DNA of 62,760 nucleotides, counting the filler, from Chiloscyllium plagiosum (Eukaryota): the NCBI RefSeq assembly GCF_004010195.1. It is 6 parts of 2 records of this genome, joined end to end, with 100 filler letters (N's around TTAATTAATTAA, not from the genome) between each part and the next. Parts side by side here need not be neighbours in the genome. Positions count along the whole stretch, not along the records: positions 33,941 to 49,245 come from NC_057710.1; 5 more parts are not named here. One strand, 5' to 3'. How positions within the stretch are numbered: the stretch's first letter is position 1; each line of letters opens with the position of its first letter. Below the pieces are notes generated by a model that saw only the letters and a list, made by a program, of their open reading frames with translations, had not been told where the DNA came from and made no database searches. Shown piece after piece: positions 36,001 to 49,345 of this stretch. The position numbers and the translations under genes are program-made.

Positions 36001-37504
36001 CCTCGCCTTGTACTCCATATTCCAGATTCCTATTTGTATCCAGCAGCAGACTGCCTTTCAGAGGTGGAGTCCAGTTACGACACACTCTTTGGCCCCAACT
36101 TGAGGATACAGCCAGGCAAGCCATTTAGGTATAGAGGTAGCATGAAACTCATGTACTGCCTAACTCCAAGGCAACAGGCGCAGAAAGGTCGGGAATCATT
36201 ATTCCTGCACCCAAAATGAGTGCAGACCAATTTCTAGCCCTTTGTGCATCAATAAATATCCTTCAATCTGCTTCACTGGGTCGGTGCAAAATCATGTACA
36301 ATATTCACAGATCCTCTGTAGAGGGCACCATGTTGTTTGCTCTCGAGTTATAGGACGTTCCAGTACCATCAGCAAGTATACATGTAGGCAACAGCTCGTG
36401 CAACAAAATCTGGGCCATTTCTGCTTTGTTAGTAGGACACCTCGATTAAATGTAATGTAAAACTGAAACCTCATTCTTCATCATCCCTGGAGGGCTTCAA
36501 TACAATAATTCAAATAGAATTTTAATAAGGAGATTTGCGTTCTGGGAAGCCACGTGCGATATAAATAACCCGTTAGCAATGGGAGAGATATTTAAAATGT
36601 TTTATTATAAAGGAGATTGCATGAGGTTAAAGCAGACCTCAGATTGTAATAGGGTGAAGAATGGACTAAATCATGGGACTGTGGTGTCTGCCTGGCTTCT
36701 CTCAAAGTTTGTAAAACGATAGCCTTCACTCAATTCTTCACAAATTTCATTAACTTCCCCTGTCAAATATTTGCCACATCCCTCTTGAATTTGTTGGCAC
36801 TCTCCAGTTTAAAGGCTATACAGTCCCATTCCATTTGTCACATTAATACACACCAACACACAAAAGGACCAGGAGTAGACCCTTTGAGTCTGTCTACCAT
36901 TCAATGAGACGATGGGATGATCTGATTTCAACATTAACTCTACATTCCTGCAAATCCCTGATAATACTAATCTGTAAATGCTCACTGAGTACAGGCTGCA
37001 ACTTGACAAATGTAGAAAGTGTGACTTTATTGCAGTGTGGTGAGGGCAACTAAGGACAATTTTCTTTGGAAGTCATGGGTTTATCAACAGGATTAACTTG
37101 AGATGTTGGATATTTCCATCCAGTAGTTGTGATGTCTGTACAGTAATTTACCGGATGTGAAAGTGCCGCTGTTGGACCAGGTGGTCAAAGGCAGAAGTCA
37201 CATGACACCAGGTTGTAGCCCAACAGATTTATTTGAAATCACAGGTTTTTGGAGCATAGCCCCTTCATCTTCACCTCTGACAATTATTTACAGGATATTT
37301 CATGTACTTCAACTAAGCAAGGAACGGCCAATCGTGGCACTGCTGATCTGTGGGAGAGAGAAGTGTATAATGTGAGTGTGACAACTTCAAGAGCAATTTG
37401 TAGCCTCCCTCAAGACTGGATGATGAAACATTGTAAACTTATGGAACCTTTGAGATTGGAAACAAGTTTATTGTATCATTTTAACACATTCCTGTAAGCT
37501 TCCA

Positions 37505-38330
37505 ACAGAACCATAGGATCCTACAGCACAATGAAAGGACATTCAACCCATTGTGCATAGAGCAGTTTTTTCCAAAGGGCTGACCCATTTATACCCACAG
37601 CTCTGCTTTATCACCATCATATAAAAACTGGCCCTCTTCAAGTACATGTCTAATTAGCTTTTCCATGTTGTTGTGTAAAGTGTTTTCTGCTAGCTCATTT
37701 TTCTCTCCTCTTTTGCCAGCTCCAGTTTTTGTCCTTATGCCAATGACTAACCCACTTGCCAAAGGAAACAGTTTCTCCCTCCTTGCTGTATCAAAACACC
37801 TCATCATTTTGAACATTTCTATCTTGCCCCTGCTTAACATTATACTAATCAGAGCAATCCCACCTTCTCCAATGTCTCCACATAACTGAATTGCTCATCC
37901 CTGGTATTATCCAAGTTAATCTCCACCTTTTCACCCTTCAATGCCTTAAAATCCTTCCAAAGTGCACAGAATTGCACACATGCTCAGACTGAGCACTGAT
38001 GTCAGAGGTAGTTTCTTTACTCAAAAAGTAGTGGGGGCATGGAACATACTGCTTGCAACAGTAGTAGACCCACCATTTTAAAGGTATTTAAATGGTCATT
38101 GGATAGACATATGGACAAGAATGGAATAGTGTAGGTTAGATCAGCTTCAGATTGGTTTCACAGGTCGGTGTAACATCGAGGGCCGAAGGGCCTGTACTGC
38201 GCTGTAATGTTCTATGTTGTATGTTCTAACCAATGGTTTGTAATGAATATGTATGACTACCTTATTTTTGCATTCACTGCCCCTATTGATAAAACCAAGT
38301 ATCCCCAGTGCCTTAAAAATGCCTTAACAC
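37505..38330. mobile_element. Old CR1 fragment (-) with a nested CR1 3' end (+, ~38000-38228)
   Basis: Resemblance to CR1 C-terminus and 3' UTR; (tgttcta)-type tail at 38207-38227. Confidence 0.6.
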
Positions 38331-38367
38331 ACTCAAAATACTCCTCTCTTATCTCCTGGCAATTGTG

Positions 38368-38733
38368 AGTTTGGGACCCACCTCTGGTTTGGGACCCACC
38401 TCTGGTTTGGGATCCACCTCTTGTTTGGATCCACCTCTGGTTTGGGACCCACCTCTGGTTTGGGATCCACCTCTGGTTTGGATCCACCTCTGGTTTGGGA
38501 CCCACCTCTGGTTTGGGTCCCACCTCTGGTTTGGATCCACCTCTGGTTTGGGACCCACCTCTGGTTTGGGATCCACCTCTGGTTTGGATCAACCTCTGGT
38601 TTGGGACCCACCTCTGGTTTGTGACCCACCTCTGGTTTGGGATCCACCTCTGGTTTGGGACCCACCTCTGGTTTGTGACCCACCTCTGGTTTGTGACCCA
38701 CCTCTGATTTGGGACCCACCTCTGGTTTGGGAT
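38368..38733. repeat. 17/18-bp minisatellite (ccacctctggtttgggac)n, ~20 units
   Basis: Directly visible. Confidence 0.95.
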
Positions 38734-39579
38734 CTGATGGGAACTTCCAACCTTATATTTCAGCTTGATGATGCTTTATTGCTGTATAGGGGAAGTCACT
38801 GAGACTACTCAAGAAAGAGCTAGCTGCAATTCCTTGCCAGAGACAGACGTGCAGCTTCAGTAAGTGTTGCCATGGTGCAGGGTGCACCGTTGACTACACA
38901 CACTTTGTTTTGTGTCTTCCCCTGTCAACTGTGTCTCACAGTAAAACGGACAGGTATTCCCTTTCCTTAGTATCCAGCTGGTGTGTGACCATCGCCAATG
39001 TGTCTTGCAGGTCAAAGCCCTGTGTTCTGGCAACAGTCATTCCCGAGCTCTACTGTTGATTTAAGCTGCCAAAGAAAACAGAAAGGTAGTGAGGAGTGGG
39101 GGGTGGGGAGCTAGTAGGTGGTAAGAACTCTGCACATACTGCACCCATGTGTGCACAGAGGGACACAGGAGATGGGATCGAATAGATTAGTGGTGTGCTG
39201 ATATAACATAACCTCTGCCTTCCTGGCCCACTCAACAAAATGGAGGTTATGATGCATGCAACCTCATTCCCCTATTCAGCAACAGCTCCACACCTTCCCA
39301 TCTGTCAGCACCACGTTATCAGCATGGCCACCACAAAATAAACTTTCACAGCTAAATGAAATCTTGCTGTATTGCATCCAAGTATAAACTAATCAGCCTG
39401 GTGCATTCCCTTAATGACTGTATTTCATGTGGCTCCTATCCCTATAGAGAGAAGGCAGGAAAGTGGGATTGACAAGGATCCGATCAGCCATGATCGCATT
39501 GAATGGTGCAACAGGATCAATGGGCCGAATGGCCTCCTTGTACTCTGACAAGGTTTCAAGGTCACAAGAACAAAAGGCA

Positions 39580-40060
39580 AGCGAGAAGTTGGTTTGAAGT
39601 GTGTCTACTTCATCACCAGGAGCATCCTAAAGTCAATGACCAGCTCCTTCATTTGGCTGACATTGAGGGAGAGGTTGTTGATTTTACACCATGCTATTCA
39701 GCATTCTATCTCTTTCCTGTATTCTGTCTCGTCGTTGTTTGAGATCCGACCTACAATGTTGATGTCATCAGCAAATGTGTAAATGGAGTTGTTGTTGTGG
39801 AATTTAGCCAGGCAGTTGTGGCTGTATAAGAAGCACAGTACGGGACTGAGTATGTGGGATTATCATGGAGGAGGTGTTCTCACCTATCCTTACTGACTGA
39901 GGTCTGTTGGTCATGAAATCGTGAAGCCAGTTATAAAGTGGGGAGCAGAGACTTCGGTCTAGGGGTTTGGAGTATGTTGAAGATGGAGCTGCAGTCAATA
40001 TGTGGGAGCCTGACATACATATCCTTGTCCAGATGTTCCACGGATGAGTGAAGGGGCAGG
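39580..40060 (-). mobile_element. Decayed Rex1/Babar-like LINE RT fragment
   Basis: NWLHDFMTNRPQSVRIG; FADDI.IVGRISNNDETEYR; LNVSQMKELVIDFR. Confidence 0.7.
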
Positions 40061-40166
40061 GTTTTGAATTGTTTTGAAGTGTTCTGGCTGGTGGCTGAGG
40101 GGGAAGGGAGTTGGAGATGTTGCTGACCAGTTTATACCTTACCCAATGTATCTGTCCATTGGAAAG

Positions 40167-40482
40167 TATTAAGGACTATTAAACATTCTTAAGCAGGCAG
40201 GCCAGACCATAAATGTGCTATTTGTTTCAGTAAGTGTACAGTGAAAATTATCCGGAGTAAGTTAGCCAGGATGACTACCAGATTCTACAACAGACAAAAC
40301 TTTATTCACAAAATTACACAATGGAACACAATGAACAGAATAAAGAGCCCATACAGACCTCAGTCTGTCCAAACTAGCCTTCATTATGCTGCTCCGAATA
40401 TACACTACAGTCCCAATAAGCAAACCTCTAAACCCAGTAAAAATAATGGAACAAATGCTGACAGGTTGAAGTTAGAAGGGCA

Positions 40483-40538
<56 letters not shown>

Positions 40539-40865
40539 CCCTGTCTTCACACAACTCAGTGTTAAACTCCCAACTAGTTCTGGAGTGAACTACACTGCTC
40601 AGCTGGAGAGCTGACCACTCCCCTTTCGTTATACAGGTCACTTCTAATACATGACCACTTTGGCCTGTAGTCTCATCGGTTTACACATGACCACTTTGGC
40701 CTGTAGTCTCATCGGTTTACAGATAAACAAAAGGCCTCTCAACACCCTTTCATCTCTGTATCAAACCAGTCTATTCAGCACTGGGAGCTGTTTATAACTA
40801 TCTGAAACAAAAACATCAAGGACACAGTATCCAGCTTTTAGAAAAAAGAAATCGGCTTTGTGACA
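40167..40865 (-). mobile_element. Solo LTR, same family as 30543-31180
   Basis: Reverse-complement similarity along its length; 4-bp TSD AAAG (40163-40166, 40866-40869); contains (GA)n at 40482-40537. Confidence 0.85.
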
Positions 40866-41639
40866 AAAGTCCGACAAGTTATAAAGCGGATACCGGACAT
40901 AAAAACAAAATAGTTTATCTTGATTTGTTAAACTGGCCAGATTTGTTACTTTATTTTCACTGTATTTGCTTATTTTCTTCCTTCACCTCCAAGTGACAGA
41001 TTGTAGATATTAGTACCAAATGTTTACAATTTATACAAATGACTTGGCTGAAGGACTTATAGGTGTGATTGCTAAATACACCAGTGACACAAGGATAGGC
41101 AGAAAAGAAAGTTGTGAAGTGGACATAAAGAGCCTACAAAGGAGATACGTGTGTTTACTGAATGGGCAAAGGTGAGGCAAATGGATTACATTGTGAGAAA
41201 CTGTGAAATGCTCATTTTTACGGGGAAGAACATAAAAGAAGCACATAATCTAAATGGTGAGAAATTGTAGAACTCTGAATTGCAGAGGGATCTGGGTTTC
41301 CTGGTGCCATTGCACTGTACAGCACGTTGAGGTGACCACATCTTAGGCATTTCCGCACAGCGATAGTCTCCTTGTTTTGATTTCATTCCTGGGAGGTGGC
41401 CGTCGCTGGCTGGGTCAGCAATTAATGCCCTTCCCTGGCAGCCTGTGTGAACTGCTGGAGAACGATATTCTTGAATTACTGAAGACCATTTGGTGTAAAT
41501 AGACCCACAATATTGCAAATTCCAGGAGTTTGACCCAGCGACAGGGAAGAAACGGCGATATATTTTCAAGTCAGAATGGTGAATCCAGTCAGGGGGGAAT
41601 CTTGCAGCTGTCAGTGTTCCCATGTATCTGATATCATAT

Positions 41640-42830
41640 AGTCATAGAGTCATAGAGATGTACAGCACAGAAACATACCCTTTGGTCCAACTCGTCCATT
41701 CCGACCAGACATCCTAAACTGATTTAGTACCATTTGCCAGCTCTTGGCCCATATCCCTGTAAACCTTTCCTATTCCTACACCCATCCAGATGCCTTTTAA
41801 ATGTTGTACATGTACCAGCCTCCACCACTCACTCTGGCACTCCACCTGCTGTCTGAAAAAGTTGCCCCTCAGGTCCCTTTTGAATCTTTCCTCTCTCACC
41901 TTAAATCTATGCCTTCTAACTTTGGACTCACCCACTCTAGGAAAAAGACCTTGGCTATTCAGCTGATCAATGCCCCTTATGATTTTAAAAAACTCTATAA
42001 GGTCACCCCTTAGCCTTGATGCCCCACGGGAAAAGGCCCCACATTATTCATCCTCTCCATGCAGCTCAAACCCTCCAACCCTGGCAAAATCCTTGTAAAT
42101 TTTGTCTGAACCCTTTCAAGTTTAACAACATCCTTCCTATAGCAGGGAGACCACAATTGAACACAGTATTTTAAAAGTGATCTAACCACTTTCAAGGAGC
42201 TATGAACCTACACTCCAAGATCTCTTTGTTCAGCAACACTCCCCAGGACCTTTCCATTAAGTGTATAAGTCCTGCTAAGATTTGCCTTTCCAAAATGCTA
42301 CACCCTACATTTATCTGAATTAAACTCCATCTGCCAATCCTTGGCCCATTGGCCCATCTGATCAAGATCCCATTGTACACTGAGATAACCTTCTTCACTG
42401 TCCACTACACCTCCAATTTTGGTGTCATCTGCAAACATACTAACTGTACGTCTTATGCTCGCATCCAAATCATTTATGTAAATGACAAAAAGTAGAGGAC
42501 CCAGCAACTCCACTGGTCACAGGCCTCCAGTCTGAAAAACAACCCTCCCCCACCACTCTCTGTCTTCTACCATCAAGCCAATGTTGTTTCCAAATGGCTA
42601 GCTCCCCTGGATCCCATGTGATCTAACCTTGCTAACCAGTCTACCATGCAGATCCTTGTTGAATGCCTTGCCAAAGTCCATGTAGACAACATCCACCACT
42701 CTGCCATCATCAATTTTCTTTGTCACCTCTTCAAAACACTCAATCAAGTTAGTGAGACATGATTTCCCACGCACAAAGCCATGCTGACTATCCCTAATCA
42801 GTCCTTGCCCTTCCAAATGTGTCTAAATCC
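41640..42830 (-). mobile_element. CR1 LINE RT-to-3' fragment
   Basis: SQHGFVRGKSCLTNLIE; VDVVYMDF.KAF; LGPLLFVIYINDLD; FADDTKIGG. Confidence 0.9.
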
Positions 42831-42839
42831 TATCCCAAG

Positions 42840-43550
42840 ACATGGACTGCTTCAGTATCTGAGGAGTCATGAATGGTGCTGAATATAATTCAGTCATCAG
42901 TGAACATCCCCACTTGTGACCTAATGATGGTGGATGGTTGTTGATGAAAGAGCTGAAGATGTTTGGGCCTAAGATACTACCCTGAGGAACTGAGATGACT
43001 GATTTCCAACAACTACAGCTATCTTTCTTTATACCAGGTATGACTCCAACTAGTTCTCTCTGTGGTTTTGATTGATTCAGTTTTGCCAAATGTGGCCTTG
43101 GTGTGGTGTTAAAGGCTATCACTCTCACCTCCTCTCTGGTATTCAGCTCGTTTGTTCATGTTTAGACCAAGGTTGTGATATAGTCAGGAGCAGAGAGGCC
43201 CTGGTGGAACTGAGCATCAGTGAGCAGGTTATTGTGAAGAAGCTCCGTACTGTTGATGATTCTTTCTGGTCCATTACTAATGATCAAGACTAGACTAATG
43301 GGGCAGTAATTGGCTAGGCTGGATTATTTTCCTGATACCTGGGTACTTGTTTTAGGGTGTTGGGGAGATGCCAGTGTTAGTTACTGTACTGGGACAGCTT
43401 GGCAAGGAGAGCAGCAAGTTCTGGAGCACAAGGCTTTAGCACTATTGCCTAAACCCTGTTAGGACCCATAGCCTTTGCAACAACCAGTCATTTCCTGATG
43501 TAGCACGGAATGAAATGATTTGGCTGAGGAATGGCATCTGTGATGGCGGG
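42840..43550 (-). mobile_element. CR1/L2-group LINE RT fragment (family of 1650-4695)
   Basis: VPQGSILGPNIFSSFIN. Confidence 0.7.
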
Positions 43551-43569
43551 GACACCCTTATATATGCAG

Positions 43570-44125
43570 ATATAAATTCATTGGAAGAAGTTCAGAGAAG
43601 ATTTACTAGAATAATACCTGGAATGGATAGCTTTCTCATGAGGAAAGGTTGAACAGGTTAGGCTTGTACCTGCTGAAGTTTGGAAGAGTCAGGCACAACT
43701 TGATTGAAAGATCTAAGATCCTGAGGCTGCTTGACAGCTCAGATACGGAGAGACTATTTTCGCTTCTGGAGATCCTAATCTTTGGGAACTCGTTTCTTAA
43801 AAGTGATGGAGGTGGAGTCTTTGAATCGATTTAAGGCAGAGGTGGATCAATTCTTGACAATGAAGGGGTTGAAAGGTCACTGGGAATTGTGGGTATATTT
43901 TTAAAGTGAGAGGAGGAAGATTTAAGAAGGACACAAAGAGCAATGTTTTTCCACGGAGAGTGGTTGATGTGTGTAATGAGCTTCCTGAGGAAGTGATGGA
44001 TGCAGGTACAGTTACAACGTTTAAAGGACATTTGGATAAGCACATGAATAGGGAAGTTTTGGAGGGAATATGGGCCAAGCGCAGGCAGGTGGGACTAGTT
44101 TAGTTTGGGATTATGTTTGGCATGG
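43570..44125 (+). mobile_element. Two CR1 3' fragments
   Basis: LEEVQRRFTRIIPG; RVVDVCNELPEEV. Confidence 0.7.
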
Positions 44126-44223
44126 AGGAGAAGGTGAGGACTGCGGCTGCTGGAAATCAGAGTCGAGAGAGTGGTGCTGGAAAAGCACAGCAGGTCAGGC
44201 AGCGTCCGAGGAGCAGGAGAATC

Positions 44224-44251
44224 AACGTTTCAGGCATAAGCCCTTCATCAG
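44224..44251 (-). ncRNA. Minimal hammerhead ribozyme motif
   Basis: CTGATGA-a-GGGC-ttat-GCCT-GAAA-CGTT; G-U pair in stem II. Confidence 0.55.
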
Positions 44252-45899
44252 GAATGGGAGTCCGTGAGTTTGTAGTAGATGTCTGTGGTTAGTCAGTTGC
44301 CGGAGATGGAAATGGAGAGGTCCCAGAAGGGGAGGGAGGTATCCGAGATGGTCCAGGTGAATTTGAGGTCGGGGTGGAAGGGGTTAGTGAAGTTGATGAA
44401 CTGCTCAACCTCCTCATGGGAGCATGTGGTGGCCGCACCGATGCAGTCATCAGTGTAGCAGAAGAGAGGGTGGGGAGTGGTGCCGGTGTAACGGTGGAAG
44501 ATGGACTATTCCACGTACCTGTCAAAGAGACAGGCAAAGGCTGGGACCCATGCGGGTGTCCATGGCTACCTCTTTGGTTTGAAGGAAGTGGAAGGATTGG
44601 AAGGAGATGTTTTTGAGGGTGAGGATCTGTTCAGCCAGGCCGATGAGGGTGTCAGTGGAAGGGTACTGGTTGGGACGGCATGCGGAGGGCTTGGAGGTAT
44701 TTATCATGGCGGATGGATTTGTACAGGAACTGGATGTCCATGATGAAGATGAAGCGTTACGGTCCAGGGAAACAAAAGTCATGGAGGAGGTGGAGGGTGT
44801 GGGTGGTGGCACGAACATAGGTGGGGAGCTCCTGGACTAAGGGGGACAGGATGGTGTCAAGGTATGCAGAGATGAGTTCAGTGGGACAGACACAGACTGA
44901 GACAATGGGTCGACCAGGGAAGTCAGATTTGTGAATCTTTGGTAGGAGGTAGAATCGGGTAAAGCAGGGCTTACAGACTATGAGGTTGGAGGCTGTGAAT
45001 GGGAGGTCCCCAGAGGTGATGAGGTTGTGGATGTCTGGGAGATGATGGTTTGGTGCTGGGAGGTGAGGTTGTGATCAAGAGGGCAGTAGGTGGTGGTGTC
45101 GGCGAGTTGGCGCCTGGCTTCAGCGGTGTAAAAGGTGGGTGCGCCACACTACTACCGCGTCCCCCTTGTCTGTGGGTTTGATGGTGAGGTGGGGGTTAGA
45201 GCAGTCAGAGGGGAGGCTGCACGTTGTGAGGATGGGAAGTGGGAGTGGGTGAGCCGGTTGGACAGGTTAAGGCGATTGATGTCACGGCGGCAGTTTGAAA
45301 TGAAGAGGTCAAAGTCAGGTAACAGGCCAGCACAGAGTGTCCAGGTGGATGGGATGTGAAACAGTGGGCCCGGAGGTGGAGGCGGCGGAAAAACCCTCCA
45401 AGGTCACACTGCGTGTCAAACTCATTAATCTGGGAGTGTAGAGAGATGAAGGTGAGGCCATTGCTGAGGACTGAACGCTCATCCTCAGTGAGGGGGGGAG
45501 GTCTCGGGGAATGGTGAACACGCTGCAGGGCTGGGAGCTAGAACCTGGAGTGGGGCTGGAGCTAGGGGTGGGGGCAGAGACTGTCACTACAATGGGTGTG
45601 GCTACAGGGTCAGGAGTGATGTCACCAACGGAAGTGACGCTCACCATTGGGGCAGAAGTGGATCCGACAGCGGTGCCCGCAGGGCTGGAAGTGATGTCAC
45701 GTGTGATGTCAGCGAGGTCGCAGGCTGACTTCTGGTAAGTGACGTCACTGGTGGTGGAAGTGATGTCAGCGATGGACTCATCCGTGTTCTGGTGAGTGAT
45801 GCCTCTGGGGGTGGAAATGGCGGCTGCGGTGGTATCTGCAGTGGTGGAAGTGACGTGCAGGGGAAAGGATCACATCAATGCCGGGGGGGCAGTGATAGT

Positions 45900-48800
45900 C
45901 TGCCCGGTGATAGTGGTGGTGGTTGCCTGGACGGTGATCGTGGAGGTGGTTGCCTGGGCGGTGATCGTGGAGGTGGTTGCCCGGACGGTGATCGCGGCAG
46001 TGGTTGCCTGGACGGTGATCGTGGAGGTGGTTGCCTGGACGGTGATCGCGGAGTTGGTTGCCCGGACGGTGATCGCGGCAGTGGTTGCCTGGACGGTGAT
46101 CGCGGAGGTGGTTGCCCGAACGGTGATTGTGGAGGTGGTTTCCTGGACGGTGATCGCGGAGATGGTTTCCTGGACGGTGATCGCGGAGGGGGTNNNNNNN
46201 NNNNNNNNNNNNNNNNNNNNNNNNNNNNNNNNNNNNNNNNNNNNNNNNNNNNNNNNNNNNNNNNNNNNNNNNNNNNNNNNNNNNNNNNNNNNNNNNNNNN
46301 NNNNNNNNNNNNNNNNNNNNNNNNNNNNNNNNNNNNNNNNNNNNNNNNNNNNNNNNNNNNNNNNNNNNNNNNNNNNNNNNNNNNNNNNNNNNNNNNNNNN
46401 NNNNNNNNNNNNNNNNNNNNNNNNNNNNNNNNNNNNNNNNNNNNNNNNNNNNNNNNNNNNNNNNNNNNNNNNNNNNNNNNNNNNNNNNNNNNNNNNNNNN
46501 NNNNNNNNNNNNNNNNNNNNNNNNNNNNNNNNNNNNNNNNNNNNNNNNNNNNNNNNNNNNNNNNNNNNNNNNNNNNNNNNNNNNNNNNNNNNNNNNNNNN
46601 NNNNNNNNNNNNNNNNNNNNNNNNNNNNNNNNNNNNNNNNNNNNNNNNNNNNNNNNNNNNNNNNNNNNNNNNNNNNNNNNNNNNNNNNNNNNNNNNNNNN
46701 NNNNNNNNNNNNNNNNNNNNNNNNNNNNNNNNNNNNNNNNNNNNNNNNNNNNNNNNNNNNNNNNNNNNNNNNNNNNNNNNNNNNNNNNNNNNNNNNNNNN
46801 NNNNNNNNNNNNNNNNNNNNNNNNNNNNNNNNNNNNNNNNNNNNNNNNNNNNNNNNNNNNNNNNNNNNNNNNNNNNNNNNNNNNNNNNNNNNNNNNNNNN
46901 NNNNNNNNNNNNNNNNNNNNNNNNNNNNNNNNNNNNNNNNNNNNNNNNNNNNNNNNNNNNNNNNNNNNNNNNNNNNNNNNNNNNNNNNNNNNNNNNNNNN
47001 NNNNNNNNNNNNNNNNNNNNNNNNNNNNNNNNNNNNNNNNNNNNNNNNNNNNNNNNNNNNNNNNNNNNNNNNNNNNNNNNNNNNNNNNNNNNNNNNNNNN
47101 NNNNNNNNNNNNNNNNNNNNNNNNNNNNNNNNNNNNNNNNNNNNNNNNNNNNNNNNNGTTGCCTGGACGGTGATCGCGGAGGTGGTTGTCTGGACGGTGA
47201 TCGCGGAGGTGGTTGTCTGGACGGTGATCGCGGAGGTGGTTGTCTGGACGGTGATCGCGGAGGTGGTTGTCTGGACGGTGATCGCGGAGGTGGTTGTCTG
47301 GACGGTGATCGCGGAGGTGGTTGTCTGGACGGTGATCGCGGAGGTGGTTGTCCTGGATGGTGATCGCGGAGTGGTTGCCTGGACGGTGATCGCGGAGGTG
47401 GTTTCCTGGACGGTGATCGCGGAGGTGGCTGCCTGGACGGTGATCGCGGCGGTGGTTGCCTGGATGGTGATCGCGGAGTGGTTGCCTGGACGGTGATCGC
47501 GGAGGTGGTTTCCTGGACGGTGATCGCGGAGGTGGCTGCCTGGACGGTGATCGCGGCGGTGGTTTCCTGGACGGTGATCGCGGAGATGGTTTCCTGGACG
47601 GTGATCGTGGAGGTAGTTGCCTGGATGGTGATCGCGGCGGTGGTTGCCTGTACGGTGATCGCGGAGGTGGTTGTCTGGACGGTGATCGCGGAGGTGGTTG
47701 CCTGGATGGTGATCGTGGAGGTAGTTGCCTGGACGGTGATCGCGGAGATGGTTGCCAGGACGGTGATCGTGGAGGAGGTTGCCTGGATAGTGATCGCGGA
47801 GATGGTTGCCAGGACGGTGATCGTGGAGATGGTTGCCAGGACGGTGATCGTGGAGGAGGTTGCCTGGACGGTGATCGCGGAGGTGGTTGCCTGGACGGTG
47901 ATCGCGGAGGTGGTTTCCTGGACGGTGATCGCGGAGGTAGTTGCCTGGATGTTGATCGCGGCGGTGGTTGCCTGGACGGTGATTGCGGAGGTGGTTTCCT
48001 GGACGGTGATCGCGGAGGAAGTTTCCTGGACGGTGATCGGGGAGGTGGTTTCCTGGATGGTGATCGCGGAGGTGGTTGCCTGGACGGTGATGGCGGAGGT
48101 GGTTGCCTGGACGGTGATCGTGGAGGTGGTTTCCTGGACGGTGATCGCGGAGATAGTTGCCTGGACGGTGATCGCAGAGGTGGTTTCCTGGACGGTGATC
48201 ACGGCGGTGGCTGCCTGGACGGTGATCGTGGAGGTGGTTTCCCGGACGGTGATCGTGGAGGTGGCTGCCTGGACGGTGATCGTGGAGGTGGTTTCCTGGA
48301 TGGTGATCGCGGCGGTGGCTGCCTGGACGGTGATCGTGGAGGTGGTTTCCCGGACGGTGATCGTGGAGGTGGTTTCCCGGACGGTGATCGCGGAGGTGGT
48401 TTCCTGGGCGGTGATCGCGGCGGTGGTTTCCTGGACGGTGATCGCGGCGGTGGTTGCCTGGACGGTGATCGCGGAGGTGGGTACCTGGACGGTGAACGCG
48501 GAGGTGGTTTCCTGGACGGTGATCGCGGAGGTGGTTGCCTGGACGGTGATCGTGGAGGTGGTTGCCTGGACGGTGATCGCGGAGATGGTTTCCTGGGCGG
48601 TGATCGCGGCGGTGGTTTCCTGGACGGTGATCGCGGAGGTGGTTGCCTGCACGGTGATGGCGGATGTGGTTGCCTGGACGGTGATGGTGGAGGTGGTTGC
48701 CTGGGCGGTAATGGCGGAGGTGGTTTCCTGGACGGTGATCGCGGAGGTGGTTTCCTGGACGGTGATCACGGAGTTGGTTGCCTGGACGGTGATCGCGGCG

Positions 48801-49245
48801 GTGGTTGCCTGGACGGTGATGGCGGAGTTGGTTGCCTGGACGGTGATGGCGGAGTTGGTTGCCTGGACGGTGATCGGGGAGGTGGTTGCCTGGATGGTGA
48901 TCGCGGAAGTGTTTGCCTGGACGGTGATCGCGGCGGTGGTTTCCTGGACGGTGATCGCGGAGATGGTTTCCTGGACGGTGATCGCGGAGGTGGTTGCCTG
49001 GACGGTGATCGCGGAGGTGTTTGCCTGGACGGTGATCGCGGAGGTATTTGCCTGGACGGTGATCGTGGAGGTGGTTGCCCGGACGGTGATCGCGGCGGTG
49101 GTTTCCTGGACAGTGATCGCGGATGTCGTTGCCTGCACGGTGGTGGCGGATGTGGTTGCCTGGACGGTGATCGCGGAGGTGTTTGCCTGGACGGTGATGG
49201 CGGAGGTGGTTTACTGGATGGTGATCGCGGAGGTAGTTGCCTGGA
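45900..49245. repeat. 27-bp minisatellite (ggacggtgatcgcggaggtggttgcct)n, CpG-rich, >3 kb including a gap
   Basis: Directly visible; source of the 523-1087 aa ORFs. Confidence 0.95.
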
Positions 49246-49345
49246 NNNNNNNNNNNNNNNNNNNNNNNNNNNNNNNNNNNNNNNNNNNNTTAATTAATTA
49301 ANNNNNNNNNNNNNNNNNNNNNNNNNNNNNNNNNNNNNNNNNNNN

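Larger units (their letters stand above)
44128..49245 (-). mobile_element. Penelope-like element A: linker minisatellite, decayed RT, terminal repeat (GIY-YIG region deleted)
   Basis: RFYLLPKIHK; QTKEVAM.TRMGP; RYTDDCIG; FHP.LKFTW. Confidence 0.85.

Noticed and set aside
45792..49301. 523-1087 aa ORFs resembling mucin or Gly/Cys-rich proteins
   Set aside because: They arise from a 27-bp repeat that is stop-free in most frames plus N-gaps; there is no signal peptide or exon structure, and the region abuts a Penelope RT
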